NCBI GenBank assembly: GCA_014251975.1
Contig: CP059204.1
Location: 390,001-422,000 of the forward strand
DNA length: 32,000 nt
Direction of reading: 5' to 3'
DNA from: Blattabacterium cuenoti
Lineage (GTDB): Bacteria > Bacteroidota > Bacteroidia > Flavobacteriales > Blattabacteriaceae
The translations under genes were made by a program, and so were the position numbers. This document shows positions 1 through 9,869 of this stretch, one piece after another (the first letter of the stretch is position 1; the number at the start of each line of letters is the position of its first letter). Below the pieces are notes generated by a model. That model saw only the letters and a program-made list of their open reading frames with translations. It was not told where the DNA came from and made no database searches.

Positions 1-433
1 CAGGATCATCTACTTGATCAACTTTATTTATAAATACAACTATTTTAGGTACGCCTACCTGACGTGCTAATAAAATATGCTCTCTTGTTTGTGGCATAGG
101 TCCATCTGTAGCTGCTACTACTAAAATAGCACCATCCATTTGAGCAGCACCTGTAATCATATTTTTAACATAATCTGCATGTCCAGGACAATCAACATGA
201 GCATAATGTCTTTTTTTTGTCTCATATTCTACATGAGAAGTATTAATAGTAATTCCTCTAGCTTTTTCTTCTGGTGCGTTATCTATAGATTCAAAACTTT
301 TTTCTTCTGCTAATCCATCTTTTGATAATACTTTTGTAATAGCAGAAGTTAGAGTGGTTTTACCATGATCAACATGCCCAGTTGTACCTATATTTAAATG
401 TGGTTTATTTCGTTTGAATTTTTCTTTTGCCAT
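1..433 (-). CDS. tuf: Elongation factor Tu, N-terminal part (gene runs off the window start)
   Basis: Reverse-strand translation from the ATG (complement of 431-433) reads [33 protein letters not shown]...[41 protein letters not shown]. This contains the GHVDHGKT (G1) and DCPGH (G3) GTPase motifs. The gene is absent from the ORF track only because the window edge truncates it. Confidence 0.95.
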   Translation of the reverse strand, partial: MAKEKFKRNKPHLNIGTTGHVDHGKTTLTSAITKVLSKDGLAEEKSFESIDNAPEEKARGITINTSHVEYETKKRHYAHVDCPGHADYVKNMITGAAQMDGAILVVAATDGPMPQTREHILLARQVGVPKIVVFINKVDQVDDP

Positions 434-457
434 GATAAAATTATTAGTTCAAAAATA

Positions 458-530
458 AGCCAACGGCGGGATTTGAACCCGTGACCTCTTTCTTACCAAG
501 AAAGTGCTCTACCAACTGAGCTACATTGGC
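458..530 (-). tRNA. tRNA-Thr (anticodon GGT)
   Basis: The reverse complement folds by hand as GCCAATG-TA-GCTC-AGTTGGTA-GAGC-A-CTTTC-TTGGTAA-GAAAG-AGGTC-ACGGG-TTCAAAT-CCCGC-CGTTGGC-T. It has a 7-bp acceptor stem, a GTTCAAAT T-loop and the anticodon loop TTGGTAA. There is one A-C mismatch at the base of the T stem. Confidence 0.9.
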
Positions 531-541
531 CAATATAATTG

Positions 542-614
542 AGCGGAAGACGGGATTCGAACCCGCGACATCCAGCTTGGAAGGCTGATACTCTACCAAC
601 TGAGTTACTTCCGC
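542..614 (-). tRNA. tRNA-Gly (anticodon TCC)
   Basis: The reverse complement is GCGGAAG-TA-ACTC-AGTTGGTA-GAGT-A-TCAGC-CTTCCAA-GCTGG-ATGTC-GCGGG-TTCGAAT-CCCGT-CTTCCGC-T. This is a full cloverleaf with anticodon loop CTTCCAA. Confidence 0.9.
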
Positions 615-623
615 TAAATATAA

Positions 624-707
624 TGGGGAGAGCAGGATTCGAACCTGCGTAAGCAAAGCTAACAGATTTACAGTCTGTCCTCGTTAACCGGACTTGAGTA
701 TCTCCCC
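624..707 (-). tRNA. tRNA-Tyr (anticodon GTA), long variable arm
   Basis: The reverse complement is GGGGAGA-TA-CTCAAGTCCGGTTAACGAGG-ACAGA-CTGTAAA-TCTGT-TAGCTTTGCTTAC-GCAGG-TTCGAAT-CCTGC-TCTCCCC-A. It is an 84-nt class II tRNA. Confidence 0.9.
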
Positions 708-723
708 TAATGTAGTAAATAAA

Positions 724-797
724 AGCCGGTGGAGGGATTCGAACCCACGACTTCGAGATTACAAATCACGTGCTCTGACCAACTGAGCTACACCGGC
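724..797 (-). tRNA. tRNA-Thr (anticodon TGT)
   Basis: The reverse complement is GCCGGTG-TA-GCTC-AGTTGGTCA-GAGC-A-CGTGA-TTTGTAA-TCTCG-AAGTC-GTGGG-TTCGAAT-CCCTC-CACCGGC-T. The acceptor and D arms are perfect. There is one U-U mismatch in the anticodon stem and one in the T stem. Confidence 0.85.
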
Positions 798-855
798 ATA
801 ATAGTTTTTAATAATTATAATCAAATTGAACAAATCTATAAAAAATAAATAAATA

Positions 856-1482
856 TTAAAAAAAAATTGTATTTATAATTTTTCTTTTAAATAAAAATAT
901 AAAAACAATTCCAATAAATATAGATACGTCAGATATATTAAAAATTGGATTAAAAAATTTAAATTTAAATTCTCCAAAAAAAGGTGTATTAAAAGAACTA
1001 TTAATTATAGGGAAATACAACATATCTACTCCACATCCTTCTAACAAAGATGAATATCCATTAAAATTAATTCTAGAAATGCCAGGATATGATATCCATT
1101 TTTTTTTATACTCATTATAAGTTAACCCCTTATTAAACAAAATACCGTATAATATATTATCTAATAAATTACCTAAAGATCCAGATAAAATTAAAATAAT
1201 AGGGATAATAATATACTTTTTATTGCAATTTTTTTTTTTGTTTAAAATATAAAAAATAAATAAAACGAAAATTATACGAGTAATACTCAATATTTTTTTC
1301 TCAATTTTTCCATATCCTAAATTAATCCCATAAGCCATTCCAGGATTTTCTATAAAATAAATTCTAAAAAATGAAAATATATAAAAACTACTATTTAATT
1401 CAAAATGAGTTTTAACATAAATTTTAAAAATTTGATCAATTAATACTATTGAAAATATAATAATCCAATAATAATTTTTCAT
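856..1482 (-). CDS. lspA: Lipoprotein signal peptidase (signal peptidase II)
   Basis: 208-aa polytopic membrane ORF with an ATG start. It carries the LspA motifs IENPGMAYG, SGSLGNLLDN, VDMLYFP and FNISD. Confidence 0.85.
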   Translation of the reverse strand: MKNYYWIIIFSIVLIDQIFKIYVKTHFELNSSFYIFSFFRIYFIENPGMAYGINLGYGKIEKKILSITRIIFVLFIFYILNKKKNCNKKYIIIPIILILSGSLGNLLDNILYGILFNKGLTYNEYKKKWISYPGISRINFNGYSSLLEGCGVDMLYFPIINSSFNTPFFGEFKFKFFNPIFNISDVSIFIGIVFIFLFKRKIINTIFF

Positions 1483-1505
1483 TGTAAAGTTACAAATATT
1501 TAATT

Positions 1506-4500
1506 TTAATATTTTGTATTAAAAATACAAATATCTAAATGTATTTTTTTTCCTAATAAATTTATTATAATTCCATTATTTACTTTACGTGAAATAATAT
1601 TAATAGATAAAGTTTCTTTACATATGAAGTTTTTATTTTTTTTTAAAATAGATTCTAATTCTTTAATTGTATTAATATATAAAAATATTTTTTCAGATAC
1701 ATTTAATTTATATTTTTTTCTTAAAATTTGTACATTTCTAATAAATTCTCTAACTATACCTTCTTCTTTAAGAAAATTTGTAATTTTTAAATTTAAAGCT
1801 ATTGTAAAATTATCATTAAACGATACTTCCCATTCTTTAACAAATTTTGTTGTTATTTTTAAATCTTTTATAGAAATAAGATATTTACCATCTAAATAAA
1901 TTTTATGTTTTTTTTCTATATTTTTTATATCATCTTGTGTTAATTTATTTATTAATTCACAAACTTTTTTAACATTATTTCCAAATTTAGGTCCAATATA
2001 TTTATAATTAGGCTTAACATTTTTAGATAATTCTAATTTTTCATAAGAATTAGGAAATGTTATTTTCTTTATATTAGTTTCTTTTAGTATTATTTTTGTA
2101 AATTTTTTTAAGTAATCACGTATTTCTTTATTTTTAGGTATAAGTATCATAGCCTCTTGTAAAGGTTGTCGTATTTTAATATTATTTTTTCTTCTCATAG
2201 ATAATATCATTGTTACTATACTTTGGACAAAAGACATTATATATTGCAATTTTTTATTTATAAAACATTTTTTATATTTTGGGTAACTACTTAAATGAAC
2301 ACTTTTACAATGTTCTTTATTAGTAATATTATTTAAATCTAAAAAAAATTTTTCTGATAAAAATGGAATTATTGGAGATATAATTTTAATTATTGATATT
2401 AAACATGTATAAAGTACTTGATATGCTGCTATTTTATTTTTTGTATATTCTGTTTTCCAAAATCTTCTTCTGCATAATCTTACATACCAATTGCTTAATT
2501 TATTTAATACAAATACATTTACTAAACGTGCTACTTTTGTTGGATTATAATTATAATAATATTTATCTGATTTTTTTATTAAAATATTTAACTCAGAAAT
2601 TATCCAAAAATCTAAATTAGTATAATTATTAATGTTATCTTTTTCTTTATATAAAAAACCATCTATATTAGCATATAATACAAAAAATGAATAAATATTA
2701 TATAATGTTCTAAAAAATTTTTTTGTTACAATTTTAATACCATTTATATCAAATTTTAGATTATCATAAGGATTAGAATTTAAAATAATATACCAACGAA
2801 TTGCATCTGGACCATAATTATTTATTAAATCAAATGGGTTTATTGAATTACCTTTACTTTTAGACATTTTATGTCCATTAATATCTAAAATTAATCCTGT
2901 AGGAATAACATTTTTATATGAAATTGAATTAAATAATGAACAACTAATAGCATGTAATGTAAAAAACCATCCTCTAGTTTGGTCTATTCCTTCTGATATA
3001 AAATCAGACGGGAATAATATATTTTTGTCTATGTAATTTTTATTTTCAAATGGATAATGAAATTGAGCATAAGGCATTGATCCAGAATCAAACCATACAT
3101 CTATAACATCAGATTCTCTAAACATAGGTTTTCCCCCTATTGGTGATACTAATATTATTTTATCTAGATTATGCATATGTAAATCAATTTTTTTATAATT
3201 ATAATCACTCATATCTTCTAATGAAAAATCTTTAAATAAATTATTATTTTTCATAAAACCATATTTTATAGATTGTTTAATTTCTATAAACAATTCTTTT
3301 AAAGATCCTATTACTATTTCTTCATCTCCTTTTAAAGTTCTCCAAATAGGTAATGGGGTCCCCCAAAACCTAGATCTAGATAAATTCCAATCTTTTATGT
3401 TATTTATCCATGAATTAAATCTATTATTTTCTGAAGTAGAATAAGTATGCCATTTTATTTTATTATTTAATAATATCATTTTATTCTTAATTTTTTCAGT
3501 TTTCATAAACCACGAATTCAAAGGATAATAAATTATTGGCTTTTCTGTCCTCCAACAATGAGGATAAAAATGTTTATATTTTTCCGTTTTAAATATTCTA
3601 TTTATATTTTCTAATAATAAAATAATTTCTTTATCTACTAAAAAATCATTTTGTTTTTTTTTAGTATCAAATTCTTTTTTAATATATTTACCACCAAAAT
3701 TATATGGTAAACTATCGTCAAATTTTCCATGAAAATCTACTAAAGGACATAAAATATTTTTTTTATTTATTAATATAGATGGAATATTATATTTATTAGA
3801 TAACATAAAATCTTCTACACCAAAAGTAGGAGATATATGGACTATACCTGTACCATCTTTACTATTTACAAAATCTCCAGAAAAAATTGTAAAAGAATTA
3901 TTATTATTAGGAATTGGTTTATACCATGATAGTAATTGTTCATATTTACTATTTAATATATCTTTCCCTTTAAATTTAAATATTAATAAATATGGATGTT
4001 TATTGTTAATTTTATTTTCAAGATTTATATCACTACTTTTTACAACTTTATAATATTTATCTATAGAAAATATATTGTTTATAGAATTTTCAGAAATAAT
4101 AAAATTTTCTTCTTTTGAAAAAGTATAATTATATATTCTTATTAATACATAATTTGCATCGTTTTCAATTGCTAATGCTGTATTAGATGGTAATGTCCAT
4201 GGAGTAGTAGTCCAAACAATAAAATAAATATTACCTAAAATATTTTGAAATTTCTTAGGTAATGTATTTTTTATAGATTTAAATTTTACAAAAGGAGATA
4301 ATTGTTCTACTTTTTTATAAGCCCCTGGTATATTTAATTCATGATAACTTAATCCAGTACCAGCTGCAGGAGAATAAGGTTGTATAGTATATCCTTTATA
4401 TATCAAATTTTTATTATATAAGTTTTTTATTAACCACCATACACTTTCTATATATTTTGTACTATATGTAATAAAAAATTTCTTTTCATCTATCCAATAC

Positions 4501-4955
4501 CCCATTTTTTTCGTAAAAAGTATCCATTCTTTCATAGAACTTTTAACTAAATCTTTACATATATTATTATATTTTTCTACAGAGATTTTTTTCCCAATAT
4601 CATTTTTAGTTATTCCTATTTTTTTTTCTACATTAAGTTCAATAGGTAATCCATGAGTATCCCATCCGGACTTTCTAAAAACTTTCATACCTTTTAAAGT
4701 ATTATATCTGCAAAATATATCTTTTATGGTCCTAGCTAAGATATGATGTATACCAGGGGACCCATTTAAAGAAGGGGGACCTTCATATAAAACAAATAAA
4801 AATGAAGAATCAGTTTTATATTTTTTTTTTAATAAAAATTCTTCGAATTTTTTTTGAACTTCATTATAAATATTCTTTTTTTCCCAATATTTATATATTT
4901 CAGTTGTTATCTTTCTAAGATCTAAACTTTTATGCTCTTTAAATTTTTTTGGCAT
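1506..4955 (-). CDS. ileS: Isoleucyl-tRNA synthetase (long type-2 form)
   Basis: 1149-aa ORF with a HIGH-type motif (PSLNGSPGIHHILAR), the class I KMSKS motif, and the WTTTPWTLPSN and GTGIVH editing-domain blocks. The length matches the roughly 1140-aa Bacteroidota-type IleRS. Confidence 0.95.
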   Translation of the reverse strand: MPKKFKEHKSLDLRKITTEIYKYWEKKNIYNEVQKKFEEFLLKKKYKTDSSFLFVLYEGPPSLNGSPGIHHILARTIKDIFCRYNTLKGMKVFRKSGWDTHGLPIELNVEKKIGITKNDIGKKISVEKYNNICKDLVKSSMKEWILFTKKMGYWIDEKKFFITYSTKYIESVWWLIKNLYNKNLIYKGYTIQPYSPAAGTGLSYHELNIPGAYKKVEQLSPFVKFKSIKNTLPKKFQNILGNIYFIVWTTTPWTLPSNTALAIENDANYVLIRIYNYTFSKEENFIISENSINNIFSIDKYYKVVKSSDINLENKINNKHPYLLIFKFKGKDILNSKYEQLLSWYKPIPNNNNSFTIFSGDFVNSKDGTGIVHISPTFGVEDFMLSNKYNIPSILINKKNILCPLVDFHGKFDDSLPYNFGGKYIKKEFDTKKKQNDFLVDKEIILLLENINRIFKTEKYKHFYPHCWRTEKPIIYYPLNSWFMKTEKIKNKMILLNNKIKWHTYSTSENNRFNSWINNIKDWNLSRSRFWGTPLPIWRTLKGDEEIVIGSLKELFIEIKQSIKYGFMKNNNLFKDFSLEDMSDYNYKKIDLHMHNLDKIILVSPIGGKPMFRESDVIDVWFDSGSMPYAQFHYPFENKNYIDKNILFPSDFISEGIDQTRGWFFTLHAISCSLFNSISYKNVIPTGLILDINGHKMSKSKGNSINPFDLINNYGPDAIRWYIILNSNPYDNLKFDINGIKIVTKKFFRTLYNIYSFFVLYANIDGFLYKEKDNINNYTNLDFWIISELNILIKKSDKYYYNYNPTKVARLVNVFVLNKLSNWYVRLCRRRFWKTEYTKNKIAAYQVLYTCLISIIKIISPIIPFLSEKFFLDLNNITNKEHCKSVHLSSYPKYKKCFINKKLQYIMSFVQSIVTMILSMRRKNNIKIRQPLQEAMILIPKNKEIRDYLKKFTKIILKETNIKKITFPNSYEKLELSKNVKPNYKYIGPKFGNNVKKVCELINKLTQDDIKNIEKKHKIYLDGKYLISIKDLKITTKFVKEWEVSFNDNFTIALNLKITNFLKEEGIVREFIRNVQILRKKYKLNVSEKIFLYINTIKELESILKKNKNFICKETLSINIISRKVNNGIIINLLGKKIHLDICIFNTKY

Positions 4956-5031
4956 AATTAAAATAGTAAAATTTATAATTTTTTAAATATTAAAAAAAAC
5001 TTTTTTTTGTTTTAAAAATTACATTTATGTT

Positions 5032-7593
5032 ATGAATACAATTTCTTTTAAAAAGAAAAAAGAAACACCATTAATAAACCAATATAATAATATAAAAAGA
5101 AAATATACAGATGCAATATTATTATTCCAAATTGGAGATTTTTATGAAATATTTGGAAAAGATGCAGTAATATGTTCTAAGACACTAAACATTGTACTAA
5201 CTAGACGATCAAGTCATAATAATATATATTTTTCTGGATTTCCTTGTCATTCTATAAATACATATTTACCTAAACTTATAAATGCTGGATATCGTGTAGC
5301 AATTTGTGATCAATTAGAATCTACAAAAAAAGGTAAAAATATTGTAAAAAGAGGTGTTGTACAATTAGTAACTCCGGGGACAGCTGTAGAAGATAGTGTA
5401 TTAAAAAATAAATCAAATAATTTTTTAGCATCTATACATATAGAAAAAAAAATGTTTGGATTAAGTTTTTTAGATATTTCTACTGGAGATTTTTTCATAG
5501 TAGAAGATGAAGAAAAAAATATATTGCAATATTTAAAAAATTTTCAACCTAGTGAAATTATTTTTCAAAAAAATAAAAAAAATTTTTTTTATGAATTATT
5601 AAAATATAATTCGTTTTATTTTTTTAAAATGGAAGATTGGTATTTTAATTATCAAATAACATATGAAAAATTAATATCACATTTTAAAACGAATTCTTTA
5701 AAAGGATTTGGTATTGAAAATTTAAAATTGGGTATTATAGCTTCTGGTATTATATTATTTTATTTAAATAATAAATGTCTTTTTGATAAAATAGATCATA
5801 TATCAACAATAAAACAAATAAAAAAAGAAGAATTTATGTGGATTAATGATTACACTTTTCGTAATCTAGAGATATTTAAATCTTATCATGAAAGTGGAAA
5901 ATCATTATTAAATATTATAGATAAAACAATAACACCTATGGGTGGAAGATTACTAAAAAATTGGATGTTATTCCCTTTAATAGATATTTATAAAATAAAA
6001 CAAAGAAATAAAATAGTAAATGATTTATGTTATAATAATATTTTACGTATTTATTTAAATAAAAAATTAAAAAAAATTTTTGATATAGAAAGAATAATTA
6101 CAAAAATGGTTACAGGTAGAATTACTCCAAGAGAAATTATTTCATTTAATAAATCCATTATATCTATAGAAAAAATAAAACAAAAAATTATTCAACAAAA
6201 AGAAGAAAATATTTCAATAATAGGAAAACAAATTTTAAATTGTAATTATATATCATATAAAATTTCTAGAACTCTTAAAAAAGAATCATCTTATAAAATT
6301 GAAAAAGGTAAAGGTGATGTTATTTCCGACGGATTATCAAATGAATTAGATAATACCCGTTTATTGTATTTTAATCAAAAAGAATATATAGATAAAATTT
6401 GTTTAATAGAAAAAAAAAAAACAGGTATATCAAATTTAAAAATAAATAATAATAATTTATTTGGATATTGTTTTGAAATTAAATTAAAAGATAAAGATAA
6501 AGTACCTAATTATTGGATAAAAAAACAAACATTATCAAATTCATTAAGATATACTACTCAAATATTACAAAATTATGAATTAAATATAATTAATGCTGAA
6601 CAAAAAATATTTTTTTTAGAAAAAAATATTTTTAATAATCTTATTAATAAGATTATTAAAAATATAAAAAAATTACAAAATAATTCTAGAATAATTGCTA
6701 AATTAGATGTATTATGTTCATTTTCTAATGTAGCATTAGAAAATAATTATGTTAAACCTAACATAAATTTTTCTTTTAATATATCAATAAAAAATGGTAG
6801 ACATCCAGTTATAGAAAAACAATTTTTAGAAAAAGATTCATATATACCAAATGATATTTTTCTTGATAAAGATGAAAAACAAATCATTATAATAACAGGA
6901 CCAAACATGTCAGGAAAATCAGCTATCTTACGTCAAACTGCAATAATAATATTAATGACTCATATTGGAAGTTTTATCCCAGCAGAAAAAGCTGAAATAG
7001 GATTAACTGATAAAATTTTTAGTAGAGTAGGTTCTTATGATAATATATCTTTAGGTGAATCAACTTTTATGGTAGAAATGAATGAGACTTCTAATATACT
7101 TAATAATATTACTAAAAGAAGTTTTATAATTTTAGACGAAATAGGTAGAGGGACCAACAATAACGAAGGCATATCAATAGCAGCATCTATTATAAAATTT
7201 TTACATACAAGTAAATTACGTCCATTAACTTTATTCGCTACTCATTATAATGAATTATATAATTTATACAATCATAATAGTATAAAAAATTACCATATTT
7301 CAGTTAAAAAAATTAACGAAAATGTAATTTTTATGAGAAAATTGATATATGGATCAAGTAAATATGATAGTTTTGGAATTTATGTAGCTAAAATATCTGG
7401 TATGCCAATAGATATAATAAATAATGCTAAAAAAATTTTATCAGTATTAAAAAAAGACAAAATAAATAATAAATATTTTATTAATAAAATAAAAAAAATT
7501 GATATTTGTATTAATAAAATAAAAAAAATTGATATATTATCTCTTAAAGAAGTAAAAATAAAAATTGAAGAAATTAAAAATTTGTTAAAATAA
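5032..7593 (+). CDS. mutS: DNA mismatch repair protein MutS
   Basis: 853-aa ORF. The N-terminus has TPLINQY...GDFYE (mismatch-binding domain). It also has Walker A GPNMSGKS, Walker B ILDEIGRGT and the ATHY motif. The frame is apparently intact. Confidence 0.95.
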   Translation: MNTISFKKKKETPLINQYNNIKRKYTDAILLFQIGDFYEIFGKDAVICSKTLNIVLTRRSSHNNIYFSGFPCHSINTYLPKLINAGYRVAICDQLESTKKGKNIVKRGVVQLVTPGTAVEDSVLKNKSNNFLASIHIEKKMFGLSFLDISTGDFFIVEDEEKNILQYLKNFQPSEIIFQKNKKNFFYELLKYNSFYFFKMEDWYFNYQITYEKLISHFKTNSLKGFGIENLKLGIIASGIILFYLNNKCLFDKIDHISTIKQIKKEEFMWINDYTFRNLEIFKSYHESGKSLLNIIDKTITPMGGRLLKNWMLFPLIDIYKIKQRNKIVNDLCYNNILRIYLNKKLKKIFDIERIITKMVTGRITPREIISFNKSIISIEKIKQKIIQQKEENISIIGKQILNCNYISYKISRTLKKESSYKIEKGKGDVISDGLSNELDNTRLLYFNQKEYIDKICLIEKKKTGISNLKINNNNLFGYCFEIKLKDKDKVPNYWIKKQTLSNSLRYTTQILQNYELNIINAEQKIFFLEKNIFNNLINKIIKNIKKLQNNSRIIAKLDVLCSFSNVALENNYVKPNINFSFNISIKNGRHPVIEKQFLEKDSYIPNDIFLDKDEKQIIIITGPNMSGKSAILRQTAIIILMTHIGSFIPAEKAEIGLTDKIFSRVGSYDNISLGESTFMVEMNETSNILNNITKRSFIILDEIGRGTNNNEGISIAASIIKFLHTSKLRPLTLFATHYNELYNLYNHNSIKNYHISVKKINENVIFMRKLIYGSSKYDSFGIYVAKISGMPIDIINNAKKILSVLKKDKINNKYFINKIKKIDICINKIKKIDILSLKEVKIKIEEIKNLLK
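7481..7540 (+). repeat. In-frame 30-bp tandem duplication in the mutS 3' tail
   Basis: 7479-7505 (tattaataaaataaaaaaaattgatat) is repeated exactly at 7509-7535. It encodes INKIKKIDIC / INKIKKIDIL. Confidence 0.9.
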
Positions 7594-7618
7594 AAAATTA
7601 ATTTAATAAAAAAAATTA

Positions 7619-7691
7619 GCGAGAATAGCTCAGTTGGTAGAGCATAACCTTGCCAAGGTTGGGGTCGCCGGTTCAAATCCGGTTTCTCGCT
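7619..7691 (+). tRNA. tRNA-Gly (anticodon GCC)
   Basis: GCGAGAA-TA-GCTC-AGTTGGTA-GAGC-A-TAACC-TTGCCAA-GGTTG-GGGTC-GCCGG-TTCAAAT-CCGGT-TTCTCGC-T, a complete cloverleaf. Confidence 0.9.
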
Positions 7692-7702
7692 CTTTAATAA
7701 TA

Positions 7703-7787
7703 ATCCGGGTGGTGGAATTGGTAGACACACAGGACTTAAAATCCTGTGATCATTTTGATCGTACGGGTTCAAATCCCGTCCCGGGTA
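7703..7787 (+). tRNA. tRNA-Leu (anticodon TAA), long variable arm
   Basis: ATCCGGG-TG-GTG-GAATTGGTAGA-CAC-A-CAGGA-CTTAAAA-TCCTG-TGATCATTTTGATCGT-ACGGG-TTCAAAT-CCCGT-CCCGGGT-A. It is an 85-nt class II tRNA. The acceptor pairs with one U-G wobble. Confidence 0.88.
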
Positions 7788-7791
7788 TTTT

Positions 7792-9252
7792 TTATTTTCT
7801 GAAATAATTAGAACTTTCTTTAGTAATATTTACACTATGAGGATGATTTTCCTTTAATCCTGAATTAGTTATTTTAACGAATTTTCCATTTTTTATTAAT
7901 TCGTTAATATTACATGTACCACAATATCCCATACCAGATTTTAATCCACCACATATTTGAAAAATTACATCTTTTGCTTTTCCTTTATAAGGTACAATAG
8001 CTTCTATTCCTTCAGGGACAAATTTATTATTATTTTGAAAATAACGTTCATTACTACCTCTTTTCATAGCAATTGTAGATCCCATACCAACATATGTTTT
8101 AAATTTTCTTCCCTGAAAAATAACTTCATCACCTGGTGCTTCATCAGTACCTGCAAATAATCCACCAATCATAACTGAACTAGCACCAGACGCTAAAGCT
8201 TTCAAAACATCTCCTGAATATCTTATTCCACCATCAGATACAACGCTAATATTTTTTTTTTTTGCATATTCATATACATCATTTATAGCAGTGATTTGAG
8301 GCATACCTACTCCAGCTATAACTCTAGTAGTACAAATAGAACCTGATCCTATACCAACTTTTAAAATATCAGCTCCAGCATTTATTAAATCTTTAGCTCC
8401 TTCTTTGGTAACTATATTCCCAGCTAATAATGGAATTGTTGGAAATTCATTTTTTATTAATTTTATTACATTAATAACTCTTGAAGAATGACCATGTGCA
8501 GAATCTACTACTATAACATCTACATTTACTTTTATTAATGATCTTACTCTTTTTAATGTATTTTTATCTATTCCAACTGAAGCTCCAACACGCAAATTAC
8601 CTCTTGAATCTTTACATGCATTAGGATATTCCATTATATTATCAATATCTTTTATAGTTATTAATCCTTTTAATTTATTTAATTCATCTATTATTGGAAG
8701 CTTTTCTATTTTTTTAGTTAATAAAATTTTTTTAGCATATTCTAATGTAATACCTATTTTAGATGTAATTAAATTATCCTTTGTCATTATATTTTCTACT
8801 ACAGTATCTAAATTTGTATTATATTTTATGTCTCTTTTTGTTAAAATACCTATTAAATAATTATCTTTTTCTACTACAGGGAGTCCTGATATTTTATGTT
8901 TTTTCATAAGATATTGAGCATGTCTCAAGGTATAATTTTTATAAAGTGTAATAGGGTTATTTATAATTACACTTTCAGTTCTTTTTACGAAATAAACTTC
9001 TTTAGTTTGATCTTTAATATTCATATTTTTATGAATTATACCTAAACCTCCTTCTCTAGCAATTGATATAGCCAAAGAAGATTCAGTAACTGTATCCATT
9101 GCTGCACTTATTATTGGAATATTAAGTTTTATATCATCAGTTAAATTAGTTTTTATAGATACTTCTGATGGTAAAACAGTAGAATAAGATGGTACAAGTA
9201 AAACATCATCAAAAGTTAATGCTTCTTTCAAAATTTTATTATTTAAATACAT
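7792..9252 (-). CDS. guaB: Inosine-5'-monophosphate dehydrogenase
   Basis: 486-aa ORF with the N-terminal [13 protein letters not shown] block, an inserted CBS pair, the catalytic loop [12 protein letters not shown] and the GGIRYSGD motif. Confidence 0.95.
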   Translation of the reverse strand: MYLNNKILKEALTFDDVLLVPSYSTVLPSEVSIKTNLTDDIKLNIPIISAAMDTVTESSLAISIAREGGLGIIHKNMNIKDQTKEVYFVKRTESVIINNPITLYKNYTLRHAQYLMKKHKISGLPVVEKDNYLIGILTKRDIKYNTNLDTVVENIMTKDNLITSKIGITLEYAKKILLTKKIEKLPIIDELNKLKGLITIKDIDNIMEYPNACKDSRGNLRVGASVGIDKNTLKRVRSLIKVNVDVIVVDSAHGHSSRVINVIKLIKNEFPTIPLLAGNIVTKEGAKDLINAGADILKVGIGSGSICTTRVIAGVGMPQITAINDVYEYAKKKNISVVSDGGIRYSGDVLKALASGASSVMIGGLFAGTDEAPGDEVIFQGRKFKTYVGMGSTIAMKRGSNERYFQNNNKFVPEGIEAIVPYKGKAKDVIFQICGGLKSGMGYCGTCNINELIKNGKFVKITNSGLKENHPHSVNITKESSNYFRK

Positions 9253-9474
9253 AATTTTTGTTATTGTATTGAATAATTATTATAAAATATATTATAATTT
9301 GTAACAATCTTGTTATCAGGTTAAAATGAAAATTTAAATACTATTTATACTTTAATAAAAAAAACATTTTTACTTTTTTATAAAAAATACAAATAATGAT
9401 ATATTTTTTCATTCCAAATTTTTATATAAATTTGTCCAAAATATGTAATATAATAATTGAAATACTATTTTATT

Positions 9475-9783
9475 ATGATGAAAAAATTAAGAATTATTTT
9501 TACTACTATTATGTTAGCAATTTTTTTATTAACTGTTAGTTGCAATAAAAATAAAAATGATAGCAATAATGGGAATACTTCAACAGAAGAAGAAAAACCA
9601 ATTAATGGTAGTGGTGGAAATGCTGCTGATAATTTAAATGATTCAACATCATCTCCAAATTCAAATTCTACTTCATCTTCTACCTCAGCTTCAAATAATG
9701 AAGAACCATTAAAAAATAAAGAAGAAAGTAATATAACACCTGAAAAAGAAAATCCTGAAGATAATAACAATGAAAAAAAGTAA
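9475..9783 (+). CDS. Hypothetical small lipoprotein with a low-complexity Ser/Asn/Glu-rich tail (orphan)
   Basis: The N-terminus MMKKLRIIFTTIMLAIFLLTVSC has a basic n-region, a hydrophobic core and a lipobox-like TVSC with Cys23. The remaining ~79 aa are polar and low-complexity (NDSTSSPNSNSTSSSTSASNNEE...). I recognise no family. The track ORF starts at an upstream TTG (9457), but the first ATG is at 9475. Confidence 0.5.
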   Translation: MMKKLRIIFTTIMLAIFLLTVSCNKNKNDSNNGNTSTEEEKPINGSGGNAADNLNDSTSSPNSNSTSSSTSASNNEEPLKNKEESNITPEKENPEDNNNEKK

Positions 9784-9869
9784 ATAAATAAAATAAACAT
9801 TAGAAAAATATTATAAAAAGCAATAAATAGAGCTATTTTTGTCTCATTTTTGCTTTTTTTTCTAATGAT

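Noticed and set aside
444-656. 70-aa minus-strand ORF from the track
   Set aside because: It lies entirely across three well-folding tRNA genes (Thr-GGT, Gly-TCC, Tyr-GTA). Its open frame is a by-product of the tRNA sequence.
7380-7772. 130-aa minus-strand ORF from the track
   Set aside because: It is antisense to the mutS 3' end and runs through tRNA-Gly(GCC) and tRNA-Leu(TAA). It resembles no protein family.
9465-9800. 111-aa minus-strand ORF antisense to the lipoprotein candidate
   Set aside because: It has no signal, motif or recognisable family. The plus-strand frame has a coherent signal peptide plus lipobox, so I chose that one, but the locus remains uncertain.
9815-9858. Inverted repeat aaaaagca...tgcttttt with an inner 5-bp AT hairpin, lying between the convergent lipoprotein ORF and rplS
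   Set aside because: The stems are short and mostly A/T, and the outer pairing has a 28-nt loop. This is not enough to call a bidirectional terminator.
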